A DNA stretch of 64,000 nucleotides from Candidatus Poribacteria bacterium (GTDB taxonomy: Bacteria > Poribacteria > WGA-4E > WGA-3G), in contig OZ242029.1 in assembly GCA_965205015.1 (NCBI GenBank), forward strand, positions 384,001 through 448,000, given 5' to 3'. The position numbers and the translations under genes were made by a program. Of this stretch, positions 1 to 10,286 are shown piece after piece (the first letter of the stretch is position 1; the number at the start of each line of letters is the position of its first letter). The notes under the pieces are model-generated. The model had not been told where the DNA came from and searched no databases. It saw nothing but the letters and a program-made list of their open reading frames with translations.

Positions 1-82
1 TTCCAGTTGCCTGAGGGGGAACTTTCGGTAAGACTCCCTGGAGATGATGATGACATAGAACTCGTTACAGATGAAGAACTAG

Positions 83-565
83 CTACAGATGGACCATAGC
101 GACAGAAGGACGTTCCTGCATCACGGGGATGACATAACTCCGAATCTTCACGTCGTCTATTGTTTCTGTCTCTACCCGAGACGCTGGATGCTGGCGGTGA
201 TCGAAAACAACATAATACCCTTCTTGCGCACCTTCTAATTTCAGATATGCTGCAAGTTGTGCTTTGCCCGATTGATAATATCGGTCGCCTTCCCATATCT
301 TCGTCTCAACGATGTATTTTCGCTGGTTATGGAGAATCAGGAGGTCTATTCTGCCGCGTCCCGTTTGGACTTCAAGAAACATATCCGCCCCTACAATACG
401 GACAAAATGGTCAAGATACGCGTAAAGCAGGTATTGCCCGACATATTCTTGCGGGGTATCCGGCACTTGTAAGAGGCGGCACCCGGCGCGAGCGATGAAC
501 GCTTGGAAGTTATCAAGAAGTCGTTCTATTTCATGGAGTATAACATTTTCCATGAGGGATGTCAA
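83..565 (-). pseudogene. C-terminal PD-(D/E)XK nuclease-like part of an AAA-ATPase/nuclease family gene; N-terminal ATPase missing
   Basis: GRGRIDLLI...YIVETKIW...QLAAYL nuclease-like motifs; no good start or RBS and no ATPase domain upstream in frame. Confidence 0.6.
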
Positions 566-645
566 ACCGATTCAGAGAAGCCCACTTGTAAACACAATTG
601 ACCGTGCCAACGTTTAAGAGTCCAATCCCAAAAAGGAGTAGAAAC

Positions 646-2151
646 ATGACGCGAAAAACGCTCGTTAGAACCCTAATCCTCACACTCTGCGCGATCGTTT
701 TGATGAGTTCCGAAGTCGCTGAGACACGAGAATCTCCAACAGTACACAACGGAGAAGCACACACCCACGCCTCCGATTACGTCCAGCACGGAAGGCAGCA
801 TTTCGCGGTAGGTGACTATGCGGGTGCGATTGCCGATTTTGACAAAGCCCTCCAGATAAACCCCGAGTCCCCCGCAGCCTATTACCATCGCGCAACAGCG
901 AAGTTTGAATGGGGCAAATCTGAACAGGGGACCGGAAATACCGAGCACGCCAAACGCCTCTATCACGCCGCGATTGAAGACTATACCCAAGTGACGACCT
1001 TAGACCCAGAGAACCCCGGTGCGTATATCTTCGGAGGAACGGTGCACCTTCGGCTTGCTGACTTGGAACGCACTGTAGGCAACGCGCAGCAGGCGCGACA
1101 TCACTTTCAGGCAGCCCATGAAATGGGGCGTCAACTCACGGAGTTAGACCCAGGGAATGCCTCAGGCTGGCAGACCCGCGGTGTCGCGAATCACCGACTG
1201 GGGATATTGGCGGCGGACAGCGGCGATCGGGAACAGGCACAACGCCACTATGAAGCTGGCATTGAGGCTTATAATCAAGCCGTTGCTTTCCGTCCAGAGA
1301 ATCCCGCGGTTTATGCTGCGCGCGGGGCGGTGCATATCTCTTTGGGTCTCTTGGAAATGGTGCGGAACACGATCGAACAGGCACAGTTCCACTATCAAGC
1401 GGCGATTGCGGATCATAAGCAAGCCGTGCACCTATCCCCTCCCGAGTATGCCACGTTCTTTTCGGGGGGACTCAGTTGGGCGCGGGTCCGGTTGGGTGAA
1501 TCTGAAGTGGCGCTTGGAAATATTCCAGCAGCACAGCACCAGTATCGGTCAGCGATTGGGGGTTTTAATGAAGCGATAGGTATAGGCCCAGGGGAGAGTC
1601 TCGTTGGCATCGCCCCAAGGGATGTTTTCACTGCCCTCGCCTATAATGATCGTGCCGAGGCGAAACTCAGGCTCGGTGAATCTGAAGGCCTCCTGGGAAA
1701 TGTTCAGCAAGCCGAGCAATACTATCGTGAAACGATTGCCGATTGCGATCAAGGACTCGCTTCAGGGATGGGGACGGTGCGAGTGCTCTACACGCGGGGT
1801 CGCGCGAAGGCGGCACTCTCAGACCACACGGGCGCGATTGCCGACTTTAACTCGGTGCTTCGTATCCGATCCAACTATGCCCTGGCGTATTATGCACGAG
1901 GACTCGCGAAACAGGCACGAGGAGAATCCGACACCGAAGATGACATAGCCCTGAATTTAGGGGATTTAGCGGACCTGCTTGAACAAAACGTGGGTGAGAT
2001 CCTGGAGCAAGATGTCACAGTAGAAATTGAACAGGACGGGCATCGGGTGTCGGCGCAAGACACCTCAGCAGCAGCCGACTTTCAGAAGGCGAAGGCACTC
2101 AACCCGGATGTCGAGCAGTTATACCCGTTCAGCGTCGGCGGCGAAGAATGA
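646..2151 (+). CDS. Secreted tetratricopeptide-repeat protein
   Basis: AGGAG RBS before ATG 646, N-terminal hydrophobic signal, repeated TPR motifs (AIADFDKALQINP, AYYARGLAK). Confidence 0.85.
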   Translation: MTRKTLVRTLILTLCAIVLMSSEVAETRESPTVHNGEAHTHASDYVQHGRQHFAVGDYAGAIADFDKALQINPESPAAYYHRATAKFEWGKSEQGTGNTEHAKRLYHAAIEDYTQVTTLDPENPGAYIFGGTVHLRLADLERTVGNAQQARHHFQAAHEMGRQLTELDPGNASGWQTRGVANHRLGILAADSGDREQAQRHYEAGIEAYNQAVAFRPENPAVYAARGAVHISLGLLEMVRNTIEQAQFHYQAAIADHKQAVHLSPPEYATFFSGGLSWARVRLGESEVALGNIPAAQHQYRSAIGGFNEAIGIGPGESLVGIAPRDVFTALAYNDRAEAKLRLGESEGLLGNVQQAEQYYRETIADCDQGLASGMGTVRVLYTRGRAKAALSDHTGAIADFNSVLRIRSNYALAYYARGLAKQARGESDTEDDIALNLGDLADLLEQNVGEILEQDVTVEIEQDGHRVSAQDTSAAADFQKAKALNPDVEQLYPFSVGGEE

Positions 2152-2321
2152 CGTTAAAAACAATCCGAAAATTCTTAGTCTTCTCTAACCGCCCACCGAT
2201 GCATCCCAGAATTCCGTAGAAGATATGTAAACCGCATCGACCTCTCCAACGTTTGTATGATAGATTTTACAAGGGTTCGATGGCTCAATTTCTCTTCAAC
2301 GACGCAATGGAGGTAGAGAGT

Positions 2322-3299
2322 GTGCCCTTAAAGAAACTCCAGATTTATATGGCTTTGATGATGGTCACGGTATTCCCTGCATGTGCGGGTCCCGCCCTTT
2401 TTGAAGGAGACCTTTTGACCGTGGATGAAGCCATAGGATTGAAGCTGCCTGTTGTTTCGGAGCCGTCCCCCTGGATCCCTATAATCTGGCGGCTCCCGAG
2501 TATCGTGGATCCTTATATGAATGACGGTCAGCGCGGCTCGTCGCCTGTCATAGCGTGGCTTCCGAACCCCTTTATGGAGGATCTATCCTTCTCCTGGGAA
2601 AGTCCCCTGAACCTGAAGAATCGCTCCGCGTTCGCAAAATGGCAGGAAAAGAAGGGCGTGGCGGCTGCGGGGTACACTGCCAGTGGAAGGGATAAATTAT
2701 TCAGACTGAATGCATACCCAGCGGCAATAGCGGATTTTGATAAAGCGTTATCCCTAACCCCGGATGCCCCGCGTGTCTATGGCGCGCGCGCAACTGCGAA
2801 ACTTCAGTTCGGAAATGCTGAAGCCGCCGGGGGCAACACTGCGCAAGCCCAACGTCTCTATCATGCAGCGATTCAAGACTATACCCAGGTCATCACCCGG
2901 TCCCCAGAGAGGACCGATGCTTATCTCTTCCGCGGTTATGCGGCATTCAAACTCGGGACATTGGAATCTGCTGGAGGCAATGCCGAGCACGCGCGACACC
3001 ACTATCACGCCGCGATTGCGGATGTTAACCAGGCGATGGCACTCTCCCGAAAGAATGCGTCTGTCCTAAAGGAAGCACTTGCGCTCCACACCGATCTCGG
3101 CGTTGCCTCTAAGGAGGCTATGGAAATCAGAGGCAGTTATGCGTTTGCCCACTATGTGCGGGGTCTTGCGAAGAAGGCACTCGGGCACCACACCGCAGCC
3201 GCCGACTTTCGGAAGGCGAAGGCACTCCGGCTGGTGCCAGAAGGGCGTCCATGGACTTTCCTGGTGGAATCGAAATTTGGGCGTGTAAATCTCAGATGA
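2322..3299 (+). CDS. TPR protein, probable lipoprotein; paralogue of the upstream gene
   Basis: GGAGG RBS before GTG 2322, hydrophobic stretch ending in PAC, TPR motifs AIADFDKAL and AAADFRKAK shared with 646..2151. Confidence 0.75.
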   Translation: MPLKKLQIYMALMMVTVFPACAGPALFEGDLLTVDEAIGLKLPVVSEPSPWIPIIWRLPSIVDPYMNDGQRGSSPVIAWLPNPFMEDLSFSWESPLNLKNRSAFAKWQEKKGVAAAGYTASGRDKLFRLNAYPAAIADFDKALSLTPDAPRVYGARATAKLQFGNAEAAGGNTAQAQRLYHAAIQDYTQVITRSPERTDAYLFRGYAAFKLGTLESAGGNAEHARHHYHAAIADVNQAMALSRKNASVLKEALALHTDLGVASKEAMEIRGSYAFAHYVRGLAKKALGHHTAAADFRKAKALRLVPEGRPWTFLVESKFGRVNLR

Positions 3300-3604
3300 C
3301 GATCCCTAACAAACTGACGCCGGATACCCTCACCGTCGGAACAGCGCGACGGCTGCCAGAGGCTTCCGTGTGGGGCTATGATGTCCTGGATCTCGCCAAT
3401 GCCCTTGGCTGCCAAACGGCACGGGGGTCACCTGTGGCAAACCTTCCGTGAGGAACTGCCCGATATGGTTCGCGAGGGCCAAATTTTGGTGATTATCAGT
3501 CGTCTCCAAGCTTTGAATACAGAGATCTAACACAGGTTGCTCGCTTGTAGCATAATCTCTTAGATTGTGCCTGCGAGGGGTAATATTCATTTTTTCCAAG
3601 CCCG

Positions 3605-3713
3605 GTAGGCGCGGAATGTAATACAAGGAATGGAAATGTAATACAAGGAACGGATTTAGTCTATTCCCAGACTAAATCCAGTCTATTCCCAGACTAAATC
3701 CCCTAACCGCACC
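3605..3713. repeat. REP-like palindrome interrupted by two short tandem duplications
   Basis: GTAGGCGCGG...CCTAACCGCACC flanks; AATGTAATACAAGGAA x2 (3615, 3635); AGTCTATTCCCAGACTAAATCC x2 (3658, 3680); 11-bp inverted repeat 3652-3679. Confidence 0.7.
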
Positions 3714-3778
3714 GCTTGTGGAGTAATGGCGTAATTCCGTAATTTTGCGTGAGTCCTGCAGAAGAAAGGGTACCTCTT

Positions 3779-5347
3779 ATGAAAACCACAGTGATGTTGA
3801 GTCTAATGCTCTTGATCGTTACAGAATTTTTGCTTATACCGGACACCGCCGCCGACTATACAGCCGAGACGCAATGGCGTTTACCCGAAGGTGCGAAAGC
3901 CCGTCTCGGTAAAGGGAGTATACAAGAAATAAAGCTTTCTCCTGATAGGACTCGGCTTGCGGTCGCGAGTAGTATCGGTATTTGGCTCTATGATGCGCTG
4001 ACCGGCGAAGTACTTGACCTGCTCACAGGGCATACAGGGAAGGTTTGGAGCGTCAGCTTTAGTCCCGACGGGCAGACGCTTGCGAGTGGAAGTTCTGACC
4101 GCACGGTTCGTCTATGGGATGTAAACACAGGCGAACATCTTCGCACCCTCACGGGGCATGAGACGTGGGTCAGGATGGTCATTTTTACTCGGGAGGGTGA
4201 GATGCTTGCGAGCGGGAATTCGGAGGGCACGGTTCGTCTATGGGATGTGAACACAGGTGAACACCTCCAAACCTTCACGGGGAATATAGGGGATATCGAG
4301 GTCATGTCTTTTAATTGGGAGGGTGAGATACTTGCGAGTGGGAGTTCGGAGGGCACGGTTCGTCTACGGGATGCGACTACAGACGAACACCTCTGCACGC
4401 TAACGGGGCATACGCTTTTTGTCAATAGCGTATCCTTCAGTCCGGATGGGCAGCTGCTCGCAAGCGGGAGTACGGGCGACGGGATTCGCCTATGGGATGT
4501 GACCACAGGTGAACACTTTCGCACCCTCCAGGGACATATCGGGCCGGTCTATAGCGTCAGTTTTAGTCCGGATGGACAGAAACTTGCCAGTGGCGGCGGA
4601 GACGGCGCGGTTCGTCTCTGGGATGTGAAGACGGGTAAACATCTTCGTGCGCTCATAGCGCGTCCGGGGGGTGTTGGCACTCCCGTAGAGTGGCCGCGGT
4701 ATGTTCAGAGTGTCAGTTTTAGTCCGGAGGGTCAAACGCTTGCCAGTGGGGCGGAGGAAAACATTTATCTATGGGATGCGACCACAGGTGACCCGCTCCG
4801 TATTCTCATAGGGCATACGGGAGCTGTTGAGAGTGTCAGTTTTAGTCCGGATGGGCAGCTGCTCGCAAGCGCGGGTGGGTATGACGACGGGTCGGTTCGT
4901 CTCTGGGATGTGAACACAGGCAAACACCTTCACACCCTCACAGCGAATTTCGGGAACAACTACAGTGTCAGTTTTAGTCCGGAGGGTCAGACGCTTGCCA
5001 GCGGTAATCTGGGGGATGCCGATGTGGTTCGTCTCTGGGATGTGAACACAGGCAAACACATCCGCACACTCAAAGCGCGTATGCAGAGTGTTGATACGCT
5101 CTTCATGGGACCCCAGGTTATCTATAGTGTCAGTTTTAGTCCGGATGACCGGACGCTCGTCGGTGGGCATTCAGAAGGAACCATTTGGTTCTGGAATGTG
5201 AAGACGGGCAAACACCTTCACACCCTCACAGGGCATACGGGGGATGTTCAGAGTGTCAGTTTTAGTCCGGATGGAGGGACGCTCGCGAGTGGAAGTGAAG
5301 ATGGCACAATACTTCTGTGGAAACTGGCACCTTTAACACCGCAATAA
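3779..5347 (+). CDS. Secreted WD40-repeat protein
   Basis: Signal peptide, then about 10 repeats of GH..V.SVSFSPDG..LASGS.D..VRLWD. Confidence 0.92.
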   Translation: MKTTVMLSLMLLIVTEFLLIPDTAADYTAETQWRLPEGAKARLGKGSIQEIKLSPDRTRLAVASSIGIWLYDALTGEVLDLLTGHTGKVWSVSFSPDGQTLASGSSDRTVRLWDVNTGEHLRTLTGHETWVRMVIFTREGEMLASGNSEGTVRLWDVNTGEHLQTFTGNIGDIEVMSFNWEGEILASGSSEGTVRLRDATTDEHLCTLTGHTLFVNSVSFSPDGQLLASGSTGDGIRLWDVTTGEHFRTLQGHIGPVYSVSFSPDGQKLASGGGDGAVRLWDVKTGKHLRALIARPGGVGTPVEWPRYVQSVSFSPEGQTLASGAEENIYLWDATTGDPLRILIGHTGAVESVSFSPDGQLLASAGGYDDGSVRLWDVNTGKHLHTLTANFGNNYSVSFSPEGQTLASGNLGDADVVRLWDVNTGKHIRTLKARMQSVDTLFMGPQVIYSVSFSPDDRTLVGGHSEGTIWFWNVKTGKHLHTLTGHTGDVQSVSFSPDGGTLASGSEDGTILLWKLAPLTPQ

Positions 5348-5443
5348 GCATCATGACCGAATCCTTGAATTAAGGGATATGTTGTCCGTAGGGGATATTT
5401 TTAGCAGGGCTCCACTTTTAGTGAACACAGCAGGAGCGTTTGT

Positions 5444-6229
5444 ATGAAAAGATGTTTCGCGATCTTCTTAATAGGGCTAATGAACGTGCCCATCTTTTCT
5501 CTCAGCGGCTGCCACAAGTTCGGGACACGCCAAGAAGCGACAGGAGACGATTTACGGACATCTCCTAAAGGCATGGTGCTCATCCCCGCAGGTGAGTTTC
5601 AAATGGGAAGCAACGATGATGATGACGATGAAAAACCTATGCATTCCGTTTATGTGGATGCCTTTTATATGGACAAACATGAGGTGACGAATGCCCAATA
5701 TAAACGTTTTATTGATGCTAACCCGACATGGCGAAAAGACCGCATCGACCCGAAATTTCACGATGGAAATTACCTGAACTTGTGGAGCGGCAATAACTAT
5801 CCACAGGGTGGAGGCGACGACTCTGTTGTCTATGTGAGTTGGTATGCGGCGATGGCATACTCGGTGTGGGCGGGTAAACGTTTACCGACGGAGGCGGAAT
5901 GGGAGAAAGCAACGGAAGCAGGTATGTATTATATAGGGCGTGACCTGTGGGAGTGGTGTCTGGATGCGTATGATAGGGATTTCTACGTTCATTCACCAAA
6001 CAGGAATCCATTAGCAGGGGGCAGGAGTATCAAGTGGTTATTAGACAACGCTACAGAGATTCATTCTGACCGTGCGCTGCGCGGTGGTGGTTGGTTTCGT
6101 AATACGGAATACATTCGGGCCTCTCGCCGCGACAGTGCTGCATCTACGCGCGCGTCCGTCGACATCGGTTTTCGGTGTGTGTGGTCTGTAACCGACGGCG
6201 TTTCCGCAGGACAGTGCTCGAATCGGTAA
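5444..6229 (+). CDS. Formylglycine-generating enzyme (FGE/SUMF1)-family domain lipoprotein
   Basis: LSGC lipobox; MVLIPAGEFQMG, KRLPTEAEWEKA, WEWC, LRGGGW and IGFRC motifs. Confidence 0.85.
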   Translation: MKRCFAIFLIGLMNVPIFSLSGCHKFGTRQEATGDDLRTSPKGMVLIPAGEFQMGSNDDDDDEKPMHSVYVDAFYMDKHEVTNAQYKRFIDANPTWRKDRIDPKFHDGNYLNLWSGNNYPQGGGDDSVVYVSWYAAMAYSVWAGKRLPTEAEWEKATEAGMYYIGRDLWEWCLDAYDRDFYVHSPNRNPLAGGRSIKWLLDNATEIHSDRALRGGGWFRNTEYIRASRRDSAASTRASVDIGFRCVWSVTDGVSAGQCSNR

Positions 6230-6362
6230 AAAGGCAGGAAGCCAGAAGTACGCCGCGCCGTAAAATTCAGTCGCGCGAAAATCGCTTGACCTCCGATACA
6301 AAGGTGTGCTACGCTATAAGTTGCCAATAGAAGGTGATGCCCTCTTTCCTAAGGAGAAAAAG

Positions 6363-6830
6363 ATGAGATCCTTTGAAACGCGTGGACCCGTCTATCCCGA
6401 AGATAACTACGTCGTTGCCCGCACGGATGAACTGTCCGATTTTGTCAATCGACTGGAAAGGGGACGATACGTTGTCCTCTTTGCCCCCCGGCAGACGGGG
6501 AAAACCACGTTCTTTCGCCGCGCCTTAGACACACTCGCAACCGATGCGTATCTCCCGATCCAACTCGATTTTCAGGCATCTAACAGCCTGGAGCCTGCTG
6601 AGTTTTATGAAGGCGTTTACGAAGATATTCGCGAGGCAATAGAAGCGGTCTTCCAAAACCACAGTTCCCCATCTGCTGAGGCTTTAGCGCGATTTCTCGA
6701 TAACACACAGATCACCAATCAACGCACGTTGCGAAGGTTCTTTCGGCAATTTTCAAACTTTGCTGAAAAATCTCACGTCCTTTTTTTTGAATCCCCCCAG
6801 AGTTCCTCCGTTTTATCAAAAAAGCGTTGA
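6363..6830 (+). pseudogene. Truncated AAA-like ATPase, N-terminal fragment only
   Basis: AGGAG RBS, MRSFETRGPV start, Walker A APRQTGKT; runs into AT-rich non-coding-like sequence near 6770 before any Walker B. Confidence 0.7.
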
Positions 6831-6856
6831 CACCCCGAAATAAATTGTGCTATAAT
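6827..6856 (+). promoter_or_regulatory. Sigma-70 promoter for lolA-pgsA-thpR-recA
   Basis: TTGACA-18 nt-TATAAT with extended -10 TG. Confidence 0.75.
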
Positions 6857-6911
6857 ATTTGGAGTAAAAATCAGTTTTCCGAAAGTAATTTGGCAAAGCA
6901 GGAGATGGATA

Positions 6912-7649
6912 ATGATCCGACGAACCCTTTGGATCACTACACTGGGAAAGTTCGCACGCCTCCAAAATTCACTCTTAATAGTAATGTTCTTCTCAGTGTT
7001 GTTTGTTAGCACAGCACACCCACAAACCGTTGATGAAATTTTTCAGAATTTCAAAACGGCGTACGAAAAATCTAATAATTTCAGCGCGAACTTCGAGGAG
7101 ACGACGCTCTTCGCGAATAAGAAAAGTGTCGCTCGTGGACGGTTTATATTCGGGAAACCGAATTTGCTCCGTAAGGAGTATGTCGACCGGAACAACGCCT
7201 CAAAAGTCGTCCAACTCACTGTTTTGGACGGCGAATACGGCTGGACATATACCCCCATACTCAATCAAGTCAATAAGATGAAGTGGAATAATCCAGAACG
7301 TCGGGAACTGTTGCCGGGTATCGGTGCCTCACTTGAAGATGTCCAGAAAAACTACACTATGGCTCTGATTCCCGACGAATTTGCGAATCCAAAAGGTGTA
7401 CACCAAATTGAGTTGGCTCCTAAAATTCACATGGTGAACACGAATGCAAAGGAAACACTTCAAATCTGGGTGAAATCCGGTGAGTGGCTCCCTGTGCAAT
7501 TTGGCTATAAAACCGAATTCGAAGACGGTACGCGTCAAAGTGTGATTGTTACACTCACACGGATTGAACGAGATAAAGAACTCGCACCGGATCTTTTCAA
7601 GTTTGTGGTGCCTAAAGATGCCGAGGTAATAGATCTCTCCGAAAATTAG
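6912..7649 (+). CDS. lolA: Outer-membrane lipoprotein carrier protein (LolA family)
   Basis: Signal peptide; FSANFEET, GRFIFGKPNLLRKEY, DGEYGWTY and FKFVVPKDAEVID LolA-like motifs. Confidence 0.75.
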   Translation: MIRRTLWITTLGKFARLQNSLLIVMFFSVLFVSTAHPQTVDEIFQNFKTAYEKSNNFSANFEETTLFANKKSVARGRFIFGKPNLLRKEYVDRNNASKVVQLTVLDGEYGWTYTPILNQVNKMKWNNPERRELLPGIGASLEDVQKNYTMALIPDEFANPKGVHQIELAPKIHMVNTNAKETLQIWVKSGEWLPVQFGYKTEFEDGTRQSVIVTLTRIERDKELAPDLFKFVVPKDAEVIDLSEN

Positions 7650-7699
7650 TAATCGATCTCTTATAACGAGATAATTCCTATTCTTTCCGAGAATACATT

Positions 7700-8320
7700 A
7701 TGAATTTCGGTACCCTTTTGCGGTTGGCAAATCTCCTAACCCTTTTACGACTTTTCCTAATCCCCCCGTTCATATACTGTTTTCAGGCTGATAGGATGGG
7801 GGCTGCGCTCACTATTTTTGCCGTCGCAGCACTGACCGACCATTTTGATGGCAAAATCGCACGAAAACAAGGCGTGACGGGCTTCGGAAAATTCATGGAC
7901 CCGCTCGCTGACAAATTGTTAATCGGTGCTGCTTTAATCTGTTTAGCCCTCTTCAAACACGTTGACAGTGGACTCATCCCAGCATGGATGGTTTTTGTTA
8001 TCATCGGTCGTGAAGTTCTCGTTACATCCCTGCGCATTGTTTTCATCGCAAAGTACGGGCAAGTTGTTTCGGCAAACCAGTGGGGAAAATACAAGATGAC
8101 CTCACAACTGATTGCAATCATTATCGGGCTAACTTTACTCGCCTTTCAAGACCATCTAAACGCTGCACTCATTGTGCAAAGCCGGGGTCCCATCTATTTT
8201 ATGATGTATATCCCCTTAGTACTCACAGTCGGATCCGGTCTGGAATTTCTGGTTAACAATCGCAAACCTTTATTCGCGCTGGTTCATGCAACCCGTTACG
8301 ATCCAAAAGCAGGTGCGTGA
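7700..8320 (+). CDS. pgsA: CDP-diacylglycerol--glycerol-3-phosphate 3-phosphatidyltransferase
   Basis: ANLLTLLR, TDHFDGKIARK..FGKFMDPLADK CDP-alcohol phosphotransferase motif; next to thpR-recA. Confidence 0.9.
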   Translation: MNFGTLLRLANLLTLLRLFLIPPFIYCFQADRMGAALTIFAVAALTDHFDGKIARKQGVTGFGKFMDPLADKLLIGAALICLALFKHVDSGLIPAWMVFVIIGREVLVTSLRIVFIAKYGQVVSANQWGKYKMTSQLIAIIIGLTLLAFQDHLNAALIVQSRGPIYFMMYIPLVLTVGSGLEFLVNNRKPLFALVHATRYDPKAGA

Positions 8321-8901
8321 TGGACACAGTTAAAAGCGGCGTTATTCGCTGTTTCGTAGCAATTGAGATCCCAGAACCGATACAAGCCTTGCTGAAGATA
8401 GTGCGAACACACCTTCAGCCGCAGATTCACAGGGCTTCGTGGACAAAACCCGGAAATTTTCACCTCACCTTGAAATTCCTCGGCGATGTCCACCCTGAAG
8501 CAATCAGTGATATCAGCGAAGCCGTCCAGCGCGTGACAGATACACATCCGCCATTCTCCATTGACTTCGGAGGCATCGGGGCGTTCCCGAATCTCGCGCG
8601 TCCGCGTGTCATTTGGATGGGCATAAATCAGGGCGCGTCAAGGGTGACACGTCTTGCAAAAGCCGTGAACCTTGAATTGACACACCTCGGTTTCTCAGCA
8701 GACAATCGGTTTCATCCACACCTAACGCTCGCGCGACTGAGAAGCGCGACAAATCTTGAACCGTTAAAGAATATTCTACGTAAATATGATACAATTGTTG
8801 GTGGGTCCATGCGTGTAAACGAAATCACACTCATGCAGAGCCAACTTCACCCAAACGGGGCGATCTATACGCCTTTAAGCGTATGTCATTTTTCCGCGTA
8901 A
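8317..8901 (+). CDS. thpR: RNA 2',3'-cyclic phosphodiesterase (2H family)
   Basis: RCFVAI start and two HxT motifs (FHLTLKFLG, FHPHLTLAR). Confidence 0.9.
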   Translation: MMDTVKSGVIRCFVAIEIPEPIQALLKIVRTHLQPQIHRASWTKPGNFHLTLKFLGDVHPEAISDISEAVQRVTDTHPPFSIDFGGIGAFPNLARPRVIWMGINQGASRVTRLAKAVNLELTHLGFSADNRFHPHLTLARLRSATNLEPLKNILRKYDTIVGGSMRVNEITLMQSQLHPNGAIYTPLSVCHFSA

Positions 8902-8960
8902 CGCGATGCCCGCAGCACCTATCCCTGATCGCAGGTGCACTATAAGGAGAACCTGAAAAA

Positions 8961-10016
8961 ATGCAAGATGAACAGAAACAGAAAGCCATTGACGATGCGA
9001 TTTCACAGGTCGAGCGTGAATTCGGTAAAGGCGCTATTATGCGCTTCACAGATAACGAAGTTGTGCCTGTTGAAGCCATTCCGACTGGGTCTCTCGCCCT
9101 TGACCTCGCGCTCGGTGTAGGCGGCGTCCCGCGCGGCAGAATCATCGAAATCTTTGGACACGAAGGCACTGGAAAAACTACCTTGGCACTCCATATTGTC
9201 GCCGAAGCACAAAAGTTAGGCGGAACGGCTGTTTTCATTGATGTTGAACACGCCTTGGATACCTCCTACGCTCGAAGTATCGGAGTCAACATGGAAAACC
9301 TACTGATCGCGCAACCCGATGCCGGCGAACAAGCCTTAGAAATCGTCGAAACGCTCATCCGTAGCGGCGCGATTGACCTGGTCGTCGTTGACTCGGTAGC
9401 CGCGTTAACCCCGCAAGCCGAAATCGAGGGTGAAATGGGCGACGCACACGTCGGCTTGTTACCCCGTCTCATGTCAAAAGCATTACGGAAATTGTCGGGC
9501 GTTACGAACAAATCCCAAACCTGTGTTATCTTCACAAATCAGATTCGGCAGAAAATCGGGATTATGTTCGGGAACCCAGATACAACACCCGGTGGACTCG
9601 CGCTCAAGTTCCACGCGTCCGTCCGCTTAGAACTCCGACGCGGTACCCAGATCAAAGATGGCACCGAAATTCTTGGGAGTAGTGTCCGGGCAAAAGTGGT
9701 GAAAAATAAAGTGGCACCGCCTTTTAAAGAGGCAGAATACGACGTTACTTTCGGGAAAGGCATCTCTAAAGAAGGAAATCTCTTGGATATCGCCGTTGAT
9801 AATGAATTCATTCAAAAGAGTGGGTCCTGGTTCGCCTACAACGGCGAACGAATCGGTCAGGGGAGAACGAATGCCAAAAAATATCTCGAAGAGAACCCAG
9901 ACGTGACAGCCGAAATCGAGGCGAAGATACGGGAAGCCCTGAGTGTGTCTCCAGATGCCGGGGCTGGTGCGATTCCTGAAGACGAAATCGACGATTCCGT
10001 TGAAATTGTGGAGTAA
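8961..10016 (+). CDS. recA: Recombinase A
   Basis: [44 protein letters not shown]. Confidence 0.98.
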   Translation: MQDEQKQKAIDDAISQVEREFGKGAIMRFTDNEVVPVEAIPTGSLALDLALGVGGVPRGRIIEIFGHEGTGKTTLALHIVAEAQKLGGTAVFIDVEHALDTSYARSIGVNMENLLIAQPDAGEQALEIVETLIRSGAIDLVVVDSVAALTPQAEIEGEMGDAHVGLLPRLMSKALRKLSGVTNKSQTCVIFTNQIRQKIGIMFGNPDTTPGGLALKFHASVRLELRRGTQIKDGTEILGSSVRAKVVKNKVAPPFKEAEYDVTFGKGISKEGNLLDIAVDNEFIQKSGSWFAYNGERIGQGRTNAKKYLEENPDVTAEIEAKIREALSVSPDAGAGAIPEDEIDDSVEIVE

Positions 10017-10058
10017 GAGGCAAGGTTCCACCCTTTAGCACGCCTGAGGGACGCATCG

Positions 10059-10094
10059 TTTCTATAGCGAGGTACGCACGCCTCGCTATAGAAA
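10059..10094. terminator. Perfect 14-bp hairpin after recA (terminator or REP)
   Basis: TTTCTATAGCGAGG-8 nt-CCTCGCTATAGAAA. Confidence 0.6.
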
Positions 10095-10136
10095 ACCTGT
10101 GAAAAGTCCCTCAAAAAACAAAAATATCAATTTTTC

Positions 10137-10165
10137 TTGACACAATTTTTTCGGTACGCTATACT
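10137..10165 (+). promoter_or_regulatory. Sigma-70 promoter for the Pup-proteasome operon
   Basis: TTGACA-17 nt-TATACT, followed by leader hairpin GGATGGG...CCCATCC. Confidence 0.75.
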
Positions 10166-10286
10166 CTAAATATAAAGGGATGGGTCTATAAAGCAACAAC
10201 CCATCCGAACACAGTTATCCGCGTACTTGACTTTCACCGCTACGAGTGGAGTCGAAAAATCGTTTTGGAAAGTGAGAACTTCACGT

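Noticed and set aside
3615-3701. Possible mini-CRISPR
   Set aside because: Only two copies of each unit with 0-4 nt between them, no spacers and no cas genes.
4030-5330. DNA repeats GTCAGTTTTAGTCCGGA suggesting an array or a DGR
   Set aside because: Explained by WD40 coding repeats; no reverse transcriptase or adenine-specific TR/VR pair was seen.
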